Of a stretch of 38,977 bases of DNA, positions 18,399 to 27,542 are shown one piece after another (the first letter of the stretch is position 1; each line of letters starts with the position of its first letter). The notes under the pieces are model-generated. The model did not search any database, was not told the DNA's origin, and saw nothing but the letters and a program-made list of their open reading frames with translations. Location of the stretch: positions 1 to 38,977 of the IMG/VR virus record IMGVR_UViG_3300016474_000552. One strand, 5' to 3'. Origin of the DNA: a virus. Taxonomy: Duplodnaviria; Caudoviricetes. A program made the translations under genes and the position numbers.

Positions 18399-19223
18399 GT
18401 GCAAAAGCTCACCGCCGAAGTCATCAAGCAACTCAACAACCTGGGAGGCGGCTTCCCGCCAGCTCCCACCGGCCCGAACAACGAGCCTCAGAACGACGAG
18501 CAGTGGATTCTCGGCGACTGGCTCGAGGAGATCAGGGTTCGCCCTGGCGTCAGCGCGCTCGTCGACCTCCCGGTCCTCGACAACGAACTCGGCGACGTCC
18601 GCTTCGTCGTTGCCCTCGGCGCTTGGTACTGGTGGGACGGTGCTGCGTGGGTGCCCGTAGCTGGAGGCGGTGGGGGTGTCACCACCGTCACGGCGAGCTC
18701 GCCGCTGGCCTCAAGCGGTGGCGCGAACCCGGACATCAGCTTCCCGAGCTGGCCGGCGAACGCGCTAGGGGCGCTGACGAACGATGGCGCGGGCGTCTTG
18801 TCGTGGGTTCCTGCAGGCAGCGGGTCTGCCTTGGACGTGCCCTCGGTCGCGACCGAGGTGCTGGTCGCCGGCGAAGCCGTTCGCTTCGTGACGGGCGGCG
18901 TACAGAAGGCCGACGCCAACGCGCCCACCCAGCTCGAGCCCGTGGGTTTTGCTGTGGCGGGCGCAGGCATCGGAGCTCCTGTTTCGGTGCGTGTCGCCGG
19001 CGTGGTCGATGTGGCGGCAGCTCTGTTTGACGCGGCGCCGATCGCAGCCGACGTGGGCAAGCGGGTTTGGTTGTCAACGACCGCTGGGAGTGTCACACTG
19101 ACTGCGCCCTCGGCTGTAGGAGACGTGGTGCAACGTGTCGGAATCCTTGCGACCCTGTCGGGCGGCGGGGGCGGGACACCTCAGATTCTTGTGCAGATCG
19201 GCGATCCCGTCCTGCTCACCTGA
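18399..19223 (+). CDS. Virion structural protein (modular; N-terminus shared with 28215 ORF, C-terminus with 19559 ORF)
   Basis: GAGG RBS; G/A/V-rich; shared segments visible by eye. Confidence 0.7.
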   Translation: MQKLTAEVIKQLNNLGGGFPPAPTGPNNEPQNDEQWILGDWLEEIRVRPGVSALVDLPVLDNELGDVRFVVALGAWYWWDGAAWVPVAGGGGGVTTVTASSPLASSGGANPDISFPSWPANALGALTNDGAGVLSWVPAGSGSALDVPSVATEVLVAGEAVRFVTGGVQKADANAPTQLEPVGFAVAGAGIGAPVSVRVAGVVDVAAALFDAAPIAADVGKRVWLSTTAGSVTLTAPSAVGDVVQRVGILATLSGGGGGTPQILVQIGDPVLLT

Positions 19224-19243
19224 CGACAAGGGAAGTATCCAAC

Positions 19244-19462
19244 ATGGCGCAGTTCAAATATCTCGGCGAGCCTCCGCGTAGCTTCGTGGCGTCCTACGGA
19301 CCCACGACCGTGATCGCGGTCCCGCAGAAGAATGGGGCAAAGACCGTGCTCGACAACCCCGCCGGGTGGCCTGTCGGCGAGGTGCTGCCCTACGACTTTG
19401 AGGACCAGATCAGCCTCATGTTCCTCCGCGCTGACCCGCGCTTCGAGGAAGTGACGGGCTGA
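19244..19462 (+). CDS. Small hypothetical protein
   Basis: AAGGGA RBS; coding-like codon usage. Confidence 0.65.
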   Translation: MAQFKYLGEPPRSFVASYGPTTVIAVPQKNGAKTVLDNPAGWPVGEVLPYDFEDQISLMFLRADPRFEEVTG

Positions 19463-19558
19463 TATGCGGACACGCGCACCGTCGGCCTCGGCAACAAGGT
19501 TGACGCCAACGTCAACGCCACCGCATTCACGCTAGTGATTCTCTGAAAGGACAAAGAC

Positions 19559-21661
19559 ATGGCATCCCAGAAGCCTCTCATTATCTCGGGCGGATCGACG
19601 CAGCGGATTCCCGACGCCGACACGCTGGTCGTTGGCGTTGGCATCGACGCAGCAGCCCCAGGCGTGCTCACCATCGGCGGCACAACCGCCACCAGCATCA
19701 CGCTTGGTTCAGCGACCATCCCCGTGTCGATCCCCGGTGACGTCGTCACCGTTGGCGGCACGACGTTCACGACCGACGCGACGTTTGAGGGCAACGTCAC
19801 CTTCGGCGCGGGTGCTGCCGACACGGTGACGTTCGCCGCGTTGACGACGGTGACGAGCGACATCAACTTCGGTGGCGCTCCCGGCACCTACAAGATCACG
19901 AACCTCGCCAACGGCACGAACCCCAACGACGCCGTCAACTTCTCGCAGCTTTCGGCGCTCGTCACGGGCGTCTCGGCGGTCAGCGCAACGGCTCCCCTGC
20001 TCTCGTCAGGTGGTGCTACCCCCGACATCAGCATCGACACCGCTGGCGCCAGCAACGGCGACGTTCTCACTTACAACGGTGCGGCGTGGGCGGCGGCGGC
20101 GCCTGCGGCGGCGGCGCTGACGGTCGGCTCGACGGTCATCGCTTCTGGCGCTGTGAACCGGGTGCTCTTTGAGGGCGCGGGCAACGTCCTGCAAGAGAGC
20201 GCCAACCTGACGTGGGACGGCTCGGCCTTCACGGTCAACGGCGTCGTCTCAGTCGGCGAGGGCAGCGCACCGTCGGCGACGGCAGCCTTCGGCAAGCTGT
20301 GGGCGAACAGCGCCGCCGACGCACGTCCGTATTGGGTCGACGACACCGGCCAGAGCTTCAACCTGACCCTCGACCGCTTCAACACGTTGACCCCGGCTGC
20401 GTCGGTCGCCATTGACACGTCGCCCGCGCTGCCGGTCTTCAACAGCTTGGCGCTCAACCAGAACACGACCTTCACGACGTCGAACCTCGGCAACGGGCGC
20501 TCGGCTTCGGTGCGGGTCATCGGCGACGCCTCGACGCGGACGCTGACGTTCCCCGGCGGCTGGACGTGGCTCGGCTCTGGCGTTCCGCCGACCAGCCTTG
20601 CCGCGAATGACGTCGGCTACCTCTCGATCACCGCCTACGGCGCGACCGACGCGGACGTCGTCGCTGCGTGGTCCTACGAGAACCAGCCCGTCCCTGTCAC
20701 GGGCACGGGCGTCAACGATCAGATCGCGGTCTGGTCGGGCACGAACACTCAGGACGGCTCGTCCAGCCTGACGTTTGACGGCACGACCCTCGGCGTCACG
20801 GGGGGCATCACGCAGTCGGGTGGTGCGGTCAGCCTCACGGCGAACGCGGCCTCGTCGTTCACGACGTCGGCTGGCGCCCTGACGCTCACGTCGGCGGCTG
20901 CGGCGACGTGGTCGAGCACGGCGGGCGACCTCGCCATCACAGGCGGTGCTGCGCTCCAGTTCACGGCGGCGGCGGGTAACGAGGTCGTCGTCAACGACGG
21001 CAGCGCCGACGTCGACTTCCGCGTCGAGAGCAACGCCCAGACCCATGCGTTGTTCGTCGACGCCGGTAACGACCGCGTGGGCGTGTTTGCCTCGACGCTG
21101 ACGCACACGTTCAACGTCGGCGACGGCACGAACAGCAACTTCTCCGTCGCCAGCGGTGGACGCATCCACACCTACGACGGGTCTGCGCCGACGGACGGCC
21201 AAGTCCTGATCGGCAACACGGCGCTCGGCAACTTCGCCAAGGCCACGCTGACGGCGGGCACAGGCATCGCCATCACAAATGGATCTGGATCGATCACGAT
21301 CACCGCGACTACGGACTACTCCGTCGTTACTCTCACCACGGCGCAGCCAGCGAACACCGCCGTCACCGTGGGTGGTGCGGCGGCGATTGCGACGGCGGCG
21401 TCGACCTCGCGTGTGGCAGGTATCGTCACGGCGACCAACACGGTGAAGGTGCTTGGCATCTGCACCTGCGATGTCGAAGGCGCGCTGTCGATCGCTGCGG
21501 GCGACGTCGTGTACCTGTCGGCGACTGAGGCCGGCGCGGTGACGAACGTCGCGCCGTCGACGGCGACCCAAGTCGTCGCGGAGTTGGGCATCGCGACGGC
21601 GGCGTCGGGCGGTGGCACGGTCGCGGTGCTCTGGCAGCCGAAGTCCATCGTCGTCCTCTGA
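19559..21661 (+). CDS. Long fibre/spike-like virion protein
   Basis: G/A/T/S-rich; KITNLANGTNPNDAVNFSQL (autotransporter neck-like), DVDFRVES repeat-type segment; N-terminus paralogous to the 16417 ORF. Confidence 0.8.
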   Translation: MASQKPLIISGGSTQRIPDADTLVVGVGIDAAAPGVLTIGGTTATSITLGSATIPVSIPGDVVTVGGTTFTTDATFEGNVTFGAGAADTVTFAALTTVTSDINFGGAPGTYKITNLANGTNPNDAVNFSQLSALVTGVSAVSATAPLLSSGGATPDISIDTAGASNGDVLTYNGAAWAAAAPAAAALTVGSTVIASGAVNRVLFEGAGNVLQESANLTWDGSAFTVNGVVSVGEGSAPSATAAFGKLWANSAADARPYWVDDTGQSFNLTLDRFNTLTPAASVAIDTSPALPVFNSLALNQNTTFTTSNLGNGRSASVRVIGDASTRTLTFPGGWTWLGSGVPPTSLAANDVGYLSITAYGATDADVVAAWSYENQPVPVTGTGVNDQIAVWSGTNTQDGSSSLTFDGTTLGVTGGITQSGGAVSLTANAASSFTTSAGALTLTSAAAATWSSTAGDLAITGGAALQFTAAAGNEVVVNDGSADVDFRVESNAQTHALFVDAGNDRVGVFASTLTHTFNVGDGTNSNFSVASGGRIHTYDGSAPTDGQVLIGNTALGNFAKATLTAGTGIAITNGSGSITITATTDYSVVTLTTAQPANTAVTVGGAAAIATAASTSRVAGIVTATNTVKVLGICTCDVEGALSIAAGDVVYLSATEAGAVTNVAPSTATQVVAELGIATAASGGGTVAVLWQPKSIVVL

Positions 21662-21676
21662 GCAGGGCGACCGCGA

Positions 21677-21720
21677 CGCTCCTGCGCCGTTTGACGGCGC
21701 AGGAGCGGCGTTTGTGTTAT
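21677..21720 (+). terminator. Intrinsic terminator-like hairpin
   Basis: Perfect 14-bp stem cgctcctgcgccgt-ttg-acggcgcaggagcg followed by a T-rich tract. Confidence 0.7.
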
Positions 21721-21740
21721 TGTGTTATAAAGGAACCCCA

Positions 21741-22184
21741 ATGCAATCTTCGGTCTACATCGCCAACGGCACGCTCAGAACGGTTAGCGTCTCGACGGGG
21801 TTGGCGACGATCGACTTCGGTGCGTTCCCCGGCAAAAGCGACGTCTCGCTTGCTGTCACAGGGCAAACGGGCATCGACGCTTTGACGTCAATCGTGCAGG
21901 CTTGGATCGTGCCAGCCACGACGATCGACCACAGCGTCGACGAGCACATTCTCGAAACGATCCGCGTCTTCGCCCACACCGTCGTCACAGGTACAGGCTT
22001 CACGATCACCGCGCGCAACGACTCGGAGATTTTTGAGCCGTTTCCGTCGAGCATGGTCCAAGACTTCCGCTCTAACATCACAGGGGGCGCGCGCGGCGGT
22101 GGCAACAAAGTGGGCTACGGCGGCGGGCGCGGCACACGCATCTACGGCAAGTGGCAAGTGGGCTGGCGTTGGAGCAACGTATGA
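21741..22184 (+). CDS. Hypothetical beta-rich virion-associated protein
   Basis: AAGGA RBS before ATG21741; located in the structural block. Confidence 0.65.
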   Translation: MQSSVYIANGTLRTVSVSTGLATIDFGAFPGKSDVSLAVTGQTGIDALTSIVQAWIVPATTIDHSVDEHILETIRVFAHTVVTGTGFTITARNDSEIFEPFPSSMVQDFRSNITGGARGGGNKVGYGGGRGTRIYGKWQVGWRWSNV

Positions 22185-22393
22185 GCATGGTTATTTTCTC
22201 GTCGGAAGACCGCGAAGCGGCCTATGCCTACCTCGAAACGGCGCGCGGCAGCCACCCCCTTGCAGAGTGTCGTAAAGATGGCGACAGCTTCGTCATCTAT
22301 GATACGCCAGCAGACTACTTCAACAAGACGGTGTTGGACGATATCGTAGAGCGCGTGGCCCTGCGTGTCCTCGAAAAACTCAACGGAGGCTGA
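22181..22393 (+). CDS. Small hypothetical protein
   Basis: GGAG RBS, ATGA overlap. Confidence 0.6.
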   Translation: MSMVIFSSEDREAAYAYLETARGSHPLAECRKDGDSFVIYDTPADYFNKTVLDDIVERVALRVLEKLNGG

Positions 22394-22396
22394 CTC

Positions 22397-23053
22397 ATGG
22401 CAATCCAGATTCAAGGCAACAGCGGCACGGTGGCAGAGGTCGATGGCACGCAGTTCCGCGCGCAGCGGTACGCTCGGCGACCCATCGACTACAACGCGCT
22501 GGGCATCTACTCGATCTCAGGTCAGACGGGCATCCTGGCAGCGGGCTTGGCCGCGAACAGCGAGGTTTTCCAGTTTCGGTGGACCGACCCGACGCGCCTT
22601 TGTGCGATCTACCGCGTCGACTGCAACGGCGCGGGTAGCATCACAGCGTTCAGCGCAGGCTTTGTGCAGATGAGCCTCACGGTCGCACGGTCGTGGACCG
22701 TCGCAGGCGCAGGAGGCTCCGTGCTGACGACAACGGGTAACAACCAGAAGCTCCGCTCGTCGATGGGCACGTCCCTCGTCAGTGAGATTCGTGTCGCCAC
22801 GACAGCGGCGCTCACGGCGGGTACAAAGACGCTGGACGCGCAGCCTCTTGGGTCGGCGACAGGCAGCATTACGACGACGGCTGGTGAAACGCTGCTCCAG
22901 CAACAGCACCTGTTCGGTGCGCCAGAAATGTCAGACAACATGCCCATCATCCTCTCGCAGAACGAGGGCATCGTAATCCGCGCCACCGTCCCGGCGGGAG
23001 GAACGTGGGTCACGTCCTTCGACGTCACTTGGGCCGAGCTGGATTCTTACTGA
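22397..23053 (+). CDS. Putative beta-sandwich virion protein
   Basis: GGAGG RBS; alternating beta-strand pattern, ending in FDVTWAE. Confidence 0.6.
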   Translation: MAIQIQGNSGTVAEVDGTQFRAQRYARRPIDYNALGIYSISGQTGILAAGLAANSEVFQFRWTDPTRLCAIYRVDCNGAGSITAFSAGFVQMSLTVARSWTVAGAGGSVLTTTGNNQKLRSSMGTSLVSEIRVATTAALTAGTKTLDAQPLGSATGSITTTAGETLLQQQHLFGAPEMSDNMPIILSQNEGIVIRATVPAGGTWVTSFDVTWAELDSY

Positions 23054-23071
23054 TTGTGACGAGGTCGCCTC

Positions 23072-23734
23072 ATGACCATCGCCGCTCTTCTGTCGTTCAT
23101 CGCCGCAGGCGAGGGCGGCTACAACTCGATGAACCAGGGCACGCAGGGCGGGCGCATCGTTGGCAGCACGCACAACGCGGCGTCCGTCCTCGGCAAAAAC
23201 CTCACCGACATGAGCATCGGCGAGGTCATGGGGCACCAAAACTCCAGCCCGCGCCGGCTGTTCGCGGCGGGGCGGTATCAGATCATCCCCGACACGCTCA
23301 AGGGCATCTTGCCGTCGAGCGGCCTGACGGCGCGTGACCCCTTCAGCCCGCAGAACCAAGACCGCTTGGGCCTCGCGCTCATTCAGCGCCGGAAGCCGGC
23401 GTGGGACTACCTCACCGGCAAGAGCACCAACCGCGACGCGGCGCTCCTGTCGCTCGCGCAGGAGTGGGCGAGCCTGCCCGACCCCCGCACGGGAAACTCG
23501 TTCTACGGCAGTGGCAACCGCGCCCAGCACACCGTCGCCCAAGTCGCTGCCGCCTTGGATGCAGCGCGAACGTCCCTGAGCGCACCGGCCCAGCCCCCGA
23601 CTCCAGGTGCGAAGACCTCGAGCTCGGGCTCGACGTCGTCGACCTCCCCCTCGGAAAAGGGGTCGGCGTCCCTGTTGGTGCCGCTCCTTCTCGTCGGGGG
23701 CCTCGCCTTTGCGCTCTGGCGCCTTCGCCGCTAG
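23072..23734 (+). CDS. Lambda-lysozyme-like muramidase/lytic transglycosylase with C-terminal membrane anchor
   Basis: Catalytic AGEGGY, AAGRYQI, FSPQNQD, LAQEWASLP; S/T/P linker and TM LLVPLLLVGGLAFALWRLRR. Confidence 0.85.
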   Translation: MTIAALLSFIAAGEGGYNSMNQGTQGGRIVGSTHNAASVLGKNLTDMSIGEVMGHQNSSPRRLFAAGRYQIIPDTLKGILPSSGLTARDPFSPQNQDRLGLALIQRRKPAWDYLTGKSTNRDAALLSLAQEWASLPDPRTGNSFYGSGNRAQHTVAQVAAALDAARTSLSAPAQPPTPGAKTSSSGSTSSTSPSEKGSASLLVPLLLVGGLAFALWRLRR

Positions 23735-23931
23735 TCGCAGACACACTCGTCGTGGGGGCTCAAGCACTCGACGCAGAGGTCGAGGCGCACGACGTCGTCG
23801 ACCTTCGGAAGACGTGCGATCCCGACCACGTCTGCACGGGGCCTCGCCAGCTCGACTTTGACCCACGAGGGCGCGAGGGCCTCCTCGAAGAAGGCGGCAA
23901 AGGGTCGGCGAACGGCTTCGAGCGAGGTCAT
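23731..23931 (-). CDS. Small Cys-containing hypothetical protein
   Basis: Fills the gap on the minus strand; CVEC...CVC; TAGGAT 8 nt upstream of ATG. Confidence 0.5.
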   Translation of the reverse strand: MTSLEAVRRPFAAFFEEALAPSWVKVELARPRADVVGIARLPKVDDVVRLDLCVECLSPHDECVCD

Positions 23932-23979
23932 GGGTCGTGATCCTAGACTCGCGAAAGCGCCTGCGCTACCGTCGACTCC
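23932..23979. promoter_or_regulatory. Divergent leaderless promoter pair
   Basis: Plus: TACCGT(23967-72), 7 nt, ATG23980; minus: TAGGAT(23945-40), 8 nt, ATG23931. Confidence 0.5.
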
Positions 23980-24258
23980 ATGAAAACTCATCGCCGTTCA
24001 CGCCGTCGCCGAAAAAACCCCCTGGGTCCGCTCACGGGTCGACCCGTCCTCGCCGGCGTGCTGGCGTGGCTCACGGTCGGCGCGGTTGGCACGGCGGTGG
24101 CGGTTCCCTTGCTGACGTCCCGCGCAAAGCAGCTCCCGCCGACGCCCTCACAGACGGACTTGGCTCCCATCAAGGCGTTCGCGCAGTCGCTGCACACTGT
24201 CATCGTCGTCGGCCAAGTGGTCGGGGCGATTGCAGCATACCGTGCTGCGAAGGTCTGA
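23980..24258 (+). CDS. Small membrane protein with basic N-terminus ending in RKNP
   Basis: MKTHRRSRRRRKNP followed by two hydrophobic segments. Confidence 0.7.
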   Translation: MKTHRRSRRRRKNPLGPLTGRPVLAGVLAWLTVGAVGTAVAVPLLTSRAKQLPPTPSQTDLAPIKAFAQSLHTVIVVGQVVGAIAAYRAAKV

Positions 24259-24267
24259 GCTGACGTC

Positions 24268-26397
24268 GTGACGTACTGGAAGCTCGAGCGCCCGTCGAAG
24301 CGCAGCGGAAAGAAGTGGAAGGTCCGCGTGCCCACCAGCTCGGGGCGCGGCAAGACCGTGGCCTTCGGCGATGCGACGATGAGCGACTACACGATCCACA
24401 AGGACAAGGCTCGGCGTGAGCGATACCGCACACGCCACCAGCACGATCGCATCGACGATCCCTACGCCCCCGGCTTCTGGTCGTGGTGGTCCCTCTGGGG
24501 TGAGTCGAGCGACCTCGCCAAGGCGCACGCCGACGCCGTGAAGCGAGCGAAGAAGATTCTCGGTGTGAAAAAAGACACAGAAGGAAACGAAATGGCGACG
24601 AAAGAGCCCCGCAGGAACCCGAATCCGCCAGGAACACCCACCCCCACGATGGCCGAAGTCGCCGAGGTCATCACCGTCCTCGACGTGCCGAAGCACCTCC
24701 GCGCCGAGTTCTTGAAGGGCTTTGCGACTGAGTGGGAACACGCACACACGGTCGGCTACGACCACGTCATGGTCGGCAGCATCGTCCTCGACCACCTCGC
24801 CGAGGACGCCCACTACTACCGGAAGCTCCGACGAGCTCGTCTGAACCCTGCCGCCAGCGACACCGCCCCGTCGAACCGCGTGCAGGCGTGCTTCGACGCG
24901 CTGCTCTCCAACGTCCAAGAGCAGTACCCCTCGCTCTCTTGCACCATCGAAGTCGACGAAACCGCCGGCGAGCGTGACGGGAAGGCGTGTTCCCGCGCCT
25001 TCGCCTTCTGCGAGGACCACGGCGAGGGCGGGGCCTTCCGCATCGCCATCGCAGGGAAGCTGAACGACCCGGACATCGCCGACGACAGCCGGGTCGACGG
25101 CATCCTGCGGCACGAGCTGGCGCACGCCGTTCTGCTCCACGGTGGCGACATCGAGCACACCGAGCGGGACGCCGACGAGGTCGCCGAGGCCCTCTTCGGT
25201 TCGCCCATCTTCTACGACGAGGACGACGTCCAGACGACCGACCCGAGCGCCCCCGGCGCCCGCCGCCCGCGCCCCGAGTATCTGGACGATGAGAATGGGC
25301 GCACTCTGGACACCCCAAAAGCGAACCCCTACCCTACGGGCACTATGCACCAGCTCCACACGGTCGAAGACGTCGCTTCCTGCCTCGATGACTGCGCCGC
25401 CCAGGGCGACGCCAAGACCCCGCGCATGCTCGCGAGCCAGCTCTCGCAGCAGGCGAAGCAGGTCGCTGGTGCCCAGTCGCGCATGCTCCTCACCCTCGCG
25501 AAGGCCGCACGGCACTGCGCGGGCGCCATCGAGGCCCGCCTCGCCGGCGAAGTCGACCGTGCGATGGTGGGCGAGCGCATGTGCGAACGCGCCCTCGCCG
25601 ACGCGCAGTCGCCCAGCCGCACGAACCCCGAGTGGGCGAAGAAGCTCGGCAGTGGCCTCTACAAGGGCACCCGCTACGCCGGCGAGACGGCCCGCGACCT
25701 CTACCAGGGCGCCCGCGAAGCGCACGCCACGCACGGCGCCGAGGCCCCCGCCGAGCGGAAGAACCCACGGCGCCCCCGCTTCGAGCAGTACGACTTCCGC
25801 GTGTCGAAGTCGTTCCTCCCCGCGTTGTTCAACGGTGACACGTCGGGTCTTTCCTCCGAGGACGAGGCCGCTCTTGATCGCTTTCTCGCGAGGGTGATGA
25901 AGCTGGGTCGTGGTCACTGGGCTGAGATCGAAGAGGACGCGGGCTTCGGCAAGGACGAGATCACGGGACTGGGCTCTGACCGCGCCCTCGTCGCTTGGAT
26001 GACCGAGCGGAAGAACCCACGTCGGCGTGCGAGTGAATCCCGTAAGGCATGGGAAGCACGCGGCGCGGCCATCCCGGCGAGTGATCTTGTTGCCGCAGAC
26101 GTATTCCGCACGCACGAGCAGCGCGCCCTTGCTCGGGCCACGCACACGCACCGCCTCCCCGACATCGGTCGCCTCACGATCACGCCCGACCCCAAGGGCG
26201 TCCGTGACCACGCCAGCGTCGAGGTGACGAAGGCGTTCGCCGACCAGTGGGACCACGGTGACGGACGCTCCTACCTTGCACAGGACGTCATGGACGCCGC
26301 TGAGAAGCACCGGGGCGACTCCAACTTCTACGCCGTCGCGCTCAAGTACCGAGGCCGGGAGTTCTCGAAGCTCTACCCCCGTGGCGCCGGGGTCTGA
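24268..26397 (+). CDS. Modular polyvalent protein/polyprotein: DUF5754-like, DUF5661-like, HExxH metallopeptidase-like, helical, DUF6926-like and unknown modules separated by NP motifs
   Basis: KKW...GKTVAFG..MSDYTIHKD..RRERYRTRH...PGFWS; GFATEWEH...IVLDHLAEDAHYYRKL; LRHELAHA...ERDAD; ALFNGDTSGLSSEDEAALD. Confidence 0.8.
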   Translation: MTYWKLERPSKRSGKKWKVRVPTSSGRGKTVAFGDATMSDYTIHKDKARRERYRTRHQHDRIDDPYAPGFWSWWSLWGESSDLAKAHADAVKRAKKILGVKKDTEGNEMATKEPRRNPNPPGTPTPTMAEVAEVITVLDVPKHLRAEFLKGFATEWEHAHTVGYDHVMVGSIVLDHLAEDAHYYRKLRRARLNPAASDTAPSNRVQACFDALLSNVQEQYPSLSCTIEVDETAGERDGKACSRAFAFCEDHGEGGAFRIAIAGKLNDPDIADDSRVDGILRHELAHAVLLHGGDIEHTERDADEVAEALFGSPIFYDEDDVQTTDPSAPGARRPRPEYLDDENGRTLDTPKANPYPTGTMHQLHTVEDVASCLDDCAAQGDAKTPRMLASQLSQQAKQVAGAQSRMLLTLAKAARHCAGAIEARLAGEVDRAMVGERMCERALADAQSPSRTNPEWAKKLGSGLYKGTRYAGETARDLYQGAREAHATHGAEAPAERKNPRRPRFEQYDFRVSKSFLPALFNGDTSGLSSEDEAALDRFLARVMKLGRGHWAEIEEDAGFGKDEITGLGSDRALVAWMTERKNPRRRASESRKAWEARGAAIPASDLVAADVFRTHEQRALARATHTHRLPDIGRLTITPDPKGVRDHASVEVTKAFADQWDHGDGRSYLAQDVMDAAEKHRGDSNFYAVALKYRGREFSKLYPRGAGV
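25751..26021 (+). repeat. Exact 19-bp direct repeat ccgagcggaagaacccacg at 25751-25769 and 26003-26021
   Basis: Read directly; both copies encode ERKNPR, 252 bp apart and in frame. Confidence 0.95.
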
Positions 26398-26398
26398 C

Positions 26399-26686
26399 GT
26401 GGCGTCGACGTGGCTCGCTCCTCGAAAGCCCAAGCGACTTGAGCACACCACCTCGGTGGCGTGCCCCCGCAAGGGCCCGCTGCCTGTCGAGATCAGCTTG
26501 TTGATCTGCTCGAGGATGAACGAAGCCGCGCCCGAAAGGTGCGCGGCTTGTTCGTGCCGAAAGGCTCAGGTTTTCGCGAAGCAGATCGACGACCTCAAGA
26601 TGACGTCGCACTTCGGTGCGCTCATGCGAGCCTCGGACCTCCCGTTGGCGTCGACGTCGACGGACTCTGCTCCAGAGCTGCAATAA
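26399..26686 (+). CDS. Small Cys-rich hypothetical protein
   Basis: GTG directly after the polyprotein stop; C...C...CAACSC; overlaps the patatin 3' end convergently. Confidence 0.45.
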   Translation: MASTWLAPRKPKRLEHTTSVACPRKGPLPVEISLLICSRMNEAAPERCAACSCRKAQVFAKQIDDLKMTSHFGALMRASDLPLASTSTDSAPELQ

Positions 26687-27542
26687 CCTGACGGCGCCCG
26701 TCCTCGATCCCCTTTCGGATCTGGTCGGGCTTCTGGTTGAAGTCGAAGCCGCTGCCCGTGGTCTGGATAGCGATGACCCGGTCGTCGTCGCGAGCGGAGA
26801 CGTCGGCGGATTCCCACAGCGCAAGCGACGCCACGGCGAGGACGTAGTCCTTCAGCCCGTTGATACGGTCGACGGTCGGCTCGACCTGGCGGTAGAGGCA
26901 CAGGCCCACCGTGGGCTCGTTCTTGTCGGCGAAGACGTCGAGGGCGAAGTTATCGGCGACGCCTCCGTCGCAGTAGAGGCGGTTTCCGGTGTCGGCTGAC
27001 GGGATGGTCTGCGCCGCCGCGAGGAACGGGATGGCCGAGCTGGCCGGCAGCACCTCATCGAGCTTCACGAGGGGCGTCGCCCACGACGAAAACACGCGAG
27101 GCGTGCGGGTGTAGAGGTCCGACACCACGACGGCGAGCGGGATCGCGGCCTCGCCCATGCGGGTGTTTGCACCCCAGACCTTGCGGACGGTTTCCTTCAT
27201 CACGTTCCAGTGGCAGAGCCCGTACCGCTGCCAAGCGAAGACAGACGTGTCGAGCACCTTGTTGCCCTGCAGCATGTCGACGAGGAGGTCTTCCATTTCC
27301 TTTCGTCCGATGCCGAAGGCGAGAGCGGCTGACGCCAAGGCGCCTGCCGACGTGCCGACGCATCCGAGCACCTCGGTGCGCTCGGCGAGGGCATAAAGCC
27401 CGCCGGCGAGCTCCTTGAGGTGCGCTGCACCGCCAGAGACGGCGACGTAGTTCTGGGGCTTCGAGAAGCTCCGCAGACGGGTGATGGAGGGGGCCACGGG
27501 GCCGAGGAAGGAGGGGCGGGCGGCGGGGCGTGAGGGCTTCAT
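26622..27542 (-). CDS. Patatin-like phospholipase
   Basis: SGGAA oxyanion loop, GTSAG nucleophile elbow, ASSAIP, DGG catalytic Asp. Confidence 0.92.
   Translation of the reverse strand: MKPSRPAARPSFLGPVAPSITRLRSFSKPQNYVAVSGGAAHLKELAGGLYALAERTEVLGCVGTSAGALASAALAFGIGRKEMEDLLVDMLQGNKVLDTSVFAWQRYGLCHWNVMKETVRKVWGANTRMGEAAIPLAVVVSDLYTRTPRVFSSWATPLVKLDEVLPASSAIPFLAAAQTIPSADTGNRLYCDGGVADNFALDVFADKNEPTVGLCLYRQVEPTVDRINGLKDYVLAVASLALWESADVSARDDDRVIAIQTTGSGFDFNQKPDQIRKGIEDGRRQVIAALEQSPSTSTPTGGPRLA

Noticed and set aside
22397-23053. Candidate major capsid protein
   Set aside because: At 218 aa it is short for a double jelly-roll or HK97 MCP and shows no motif I recognise; left as a beta-rich virion protein
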